A DNA stretch of 53,395 nucleotides from Octopus bimaculoides. Taxonomy: Eukaryota. The position numbers and the translations under genes were made by a program. Positions 50,608 to 53,395 of this stretch are shown in pieces. The stretch covers positions 27,399,215 to 27,452,609 of the forward strand of contig NC_068987.1 of NCBI RefSeq assembly GCF_001194135.2, in the 5' to 3' direction. The notes below the pieces were generated by a model. The model was not told where the DNA came from. It searched no databases and saw only the letters and a program-made list of their open reading frames with translations. Every line of letters begins with the position of its first letter. Within the stretch, counting starts at the first letter, position 1.

Positions 50608-51421
50608 GCAATACCGTTAATTCAAACACATTTCCTCCCAATTGTTTCTCGCTCCGTTTGACTTCTTTATATACAACATGTATGGAAAACTGGGACTAGA
50701 TAAAATTAGATTGGTATGGTTCGTGAAAATAAAGGTGCTGGGTTTAAGCTCAAGGAATTGGCTGTCTTTAATGTTAACAAAAGGAAGGAGTAAGAACAGG
50801 ACGTAAAGTAGTTATAATAAATTTAAAAATATAAACATGTTCAAAAAGAATATAAAAGTGTATACAAAAATATAATAAAAATGCATTAAATAGGGAACAA
50901 AGAGCTACAAGTATAAAGATTGAAAGAAGAGATAATATTGACCGACTATAATTTTCAAATAGGGATTAATAGTCAAGAGAGAAAACATAAAAGCTTTATG
51001 GACCTTAATTTTAGTCACATTTTGCAGCTACAAAATATTTTTTCTAACACTTAACTGTAGTGAAGCTAAAGTAATAGATATACATAGTAGTAAAGTAATT
51101 GATATACATACATACACATAAACACGCACAAGCATGAATAGAAACACGCACATTGATACACAGTAAAACCTATGCAGATGGACATACATAGAAGGAAATT
51201 CAGTTACATACACACACATATAAACAAGTATACACGTATGCACATGAAATTAATATAAACACCTAGGCGCACTTAAATACACACATAAATACACAATTAT
51301 ACGTATATATGTGCATATATGCATACATATATGCACACATGTACTATATATATATACGTATATATATATATGTATAGATAGATAGATAGAGGAAGAGTGT
51401 TTCAAGTAGTGTACAGGTATT

Positions 51422-51592
51422 GTATGTTGAGAAAAAGGAGGCAGTCAAAATTTTGGATAACCCTTTATTAGCGCTTTCGTTCGTTTACGTACTCAAAATT
51501 TTGATTTTGTCTTTCACGAGTTCGAAAACGATGGAAAGCGCTAATGAAGGATTAACCAAAATTCTGACGGCCACCTTTTTTTTTCAATATAT
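51422..51592. mobile_element. About 170-bp foldback MITE-like inverted repeat
   Basis: Arms about 51422-51486 and 51524-51592: GGAGGCAGTCAAAATTTTGGATAACCCTTTATTAGCGCTTTC versus reverse complement GGTGGCCGTCAGAATTTTGGTTAATCCTTCATTAGCGCTTTC; embedded in TA-rich sequence. Confidence 0.8.
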
Positions 51593-52010
51593 ATGAGATA
51601 AAAACTTATATACATATATATAAATGTATATATAGTTGCAAACATGCCTAATTGAATATAGAAGTTTAAGTAAACATCCATACACTTATAACTGATATGG
51701 ATACGGATGTACAAATACATACATATACATCTCTTTCTCTTAATATAACAAATATGTTTCGGTTATATGGATATAAGAATATAGACGGTCTATAATACTA
51801 AAAATTAAATGTTTCTATCGTATTGGACGTACCAACTTGATTATACAAGTAAAAAATTAATGAATCGTTTACAATCATAAAAAAGGAAATCATATCTAAG
51901 AGAGAGGCAACCAGAAGTACATAGATGTTTCGAGATGTTGAATTACTAAACCATGCGACCGTTGCAGGGAAATAATTTCAATAATATGCAAAAAGGAAGT
52001 CCAGGCATTA

Positions 52011-52613
52011 TGCATCGGGAAAATTTGGCGCAAACATTTTTGCCGTAAGAAAATTCGCCTTAGAACTGTTAGCCGTAGGAAAGTTCGCTGCATAGCAAAT
52101 TTTGCCGTAGGAAAGTTCACCGCATAAGAAATTTTGCTGTAGGAGAGTTCGCAACATAGGAAATTTTGCCTCACGACAATTTCACTGAAATAAAGATGAA
52201 TTCCTCGGTTGGTATATACTGGTTTTAACCGACCCATCATTTATATTATTATTACAAAGCTGTGGGAGGGGGCAAAATTAAGCAATCTAAAAGATGATAA
52301 TGTTTAAAAATAAAATTCTGCTTAAATAAAAAGTAATATAATATAAATATAACATTTAAAGAGGACAAATACAGTAAAGAAAAAAAACAGTTAAATCTAA
52401 AACAAAATTATTAAAACAAAACATTTGTATAGAAAGCAAATTTTTCTGAACTGCAATTTCTCTAAATCGAGTTGCCTGCCATATCTTCGATATTATCTAT
52501 ACAGCGAAATTATCTTACGGTAACATTTCCTATACAGTAAAGTTTTCTGGGGCGAGTTTTCCTACGGCCAGTTTTCCGGCAGCAAAAATGTTTACGGCGA
52601 AAGTTTCTAGAAC
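52011..52613. mobile_element. Foldback/Mutator-type non-autonomous element with inverted arrays of about 15-bp repeats and 9-10-bp TSD
   Basis: GCCGTAGGAAA(G/T)TT(C/T)-like units at 52020-52185, inverted at 52480-52613; CCAGGCATTA at 52001-52010 and 52614-52623. Confidence 0.8.
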
Positions 52614-53336
52614 CCAGGCATTAAAAGTAGGTATTAAATGTGGGTATAATACTGTAAAAAAATAGGTAAAAAAAAGGTATGTATACAAAGAACAGCATGT
52701 CTAAACATGGTCCAATATATTATCTATTATTAAGGTGAGGCAAACTTATGTTTAACTGAAGTAAGGAACTATTCAATTGCACTAGGTTATAAATTGCATT
52801 AGGTTATAAAGATTATTAGAGTAGGTATAATAATTAAGTATAAGGTTAGGTATAGTTACCATAGGGGATGATTTGTACTTAAGTTGCTAGCGTCAGTTGG
52901 TAATGAACATTTTTACTAATAGTAGAATGTCTGAATATGGTCTAATACATTATATACCAGTAAGATAAGAACAACTTACGGTTAACAAGTGTGGGTGGTA
53001 ATGGGTAATATGTATTTTTTTTACAAATAACGGAATATGTAACACATTAGCTATCACTAGGCGGAACTAATTTATGGTTAACCAAGGCAGTGGTCTTGGA
53101 AATAAGGTTCGTTGATCTAGGTATTAAACAGTATTAATGGTGTCATAATTAAATGTTAGGTTTACTAGAGTTATCATACAGGAACTATTTGTATTTAAGG
53201 TTCTGGCATATTACAATCAATATATTACACTGATTAATAATACAAAATACCAAGCTATTTAAATTCAATACTATCATCAATGAGAAAATATACAAATATA
53301 TACATATTCAAACATATGTATGTATGTATGTATGTA

Positions 53337-53395
<59 letters not shown>

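Noticed and set aside
52624-53300. G-skewed AT-rich block resembling the reverse complement of 1-1300 in composition
   Set aside because: No alignable similarity or protein motif found by eye; left unclassified.

Overview
AT-rich, microsatellite- and gap-rich metazoan genomic DNA. The SINE families and the (TA)n-flanked gaps look like an octopus (coleoid cephalopod) draft assembly; this assignment is inferred from repeat-family familiarity, not from a search. No intact, recognisable protein-coding gene was found, and most ORF-track entries are microsatellite or gap artefacts. The window is a mosaic of retroelement and transposon relics: about 20 tRNA-derived SINE copies of three types, two or three Penelope-like elements, three L1/Tx1-type LINE pieces, a CR1/L2/Jockey-type RT fragment, three mariners, MULE-like transposase relics and two foldback MITEs. 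A few isolated exon/intron candidates occur on both strands. Three observations stand out. (1) A 152-bp circularly permuted unit in an (AAT)n array (17236-17439) carries degenerate minimal hammerhead-ribozyme motifs on BOTH strands, resembling a retrozyme or viroid-like unit. (2) An inverted two-piece 28S rDNA composite interrupts a Tx1 LINE relic (11839-12149). (3) The 5' end of a Tx1-type LINE sits inside the tRNA-like head of a SINE (45722-47910). All protein-family calls come from eyeballed motif similarity and need profile searches.
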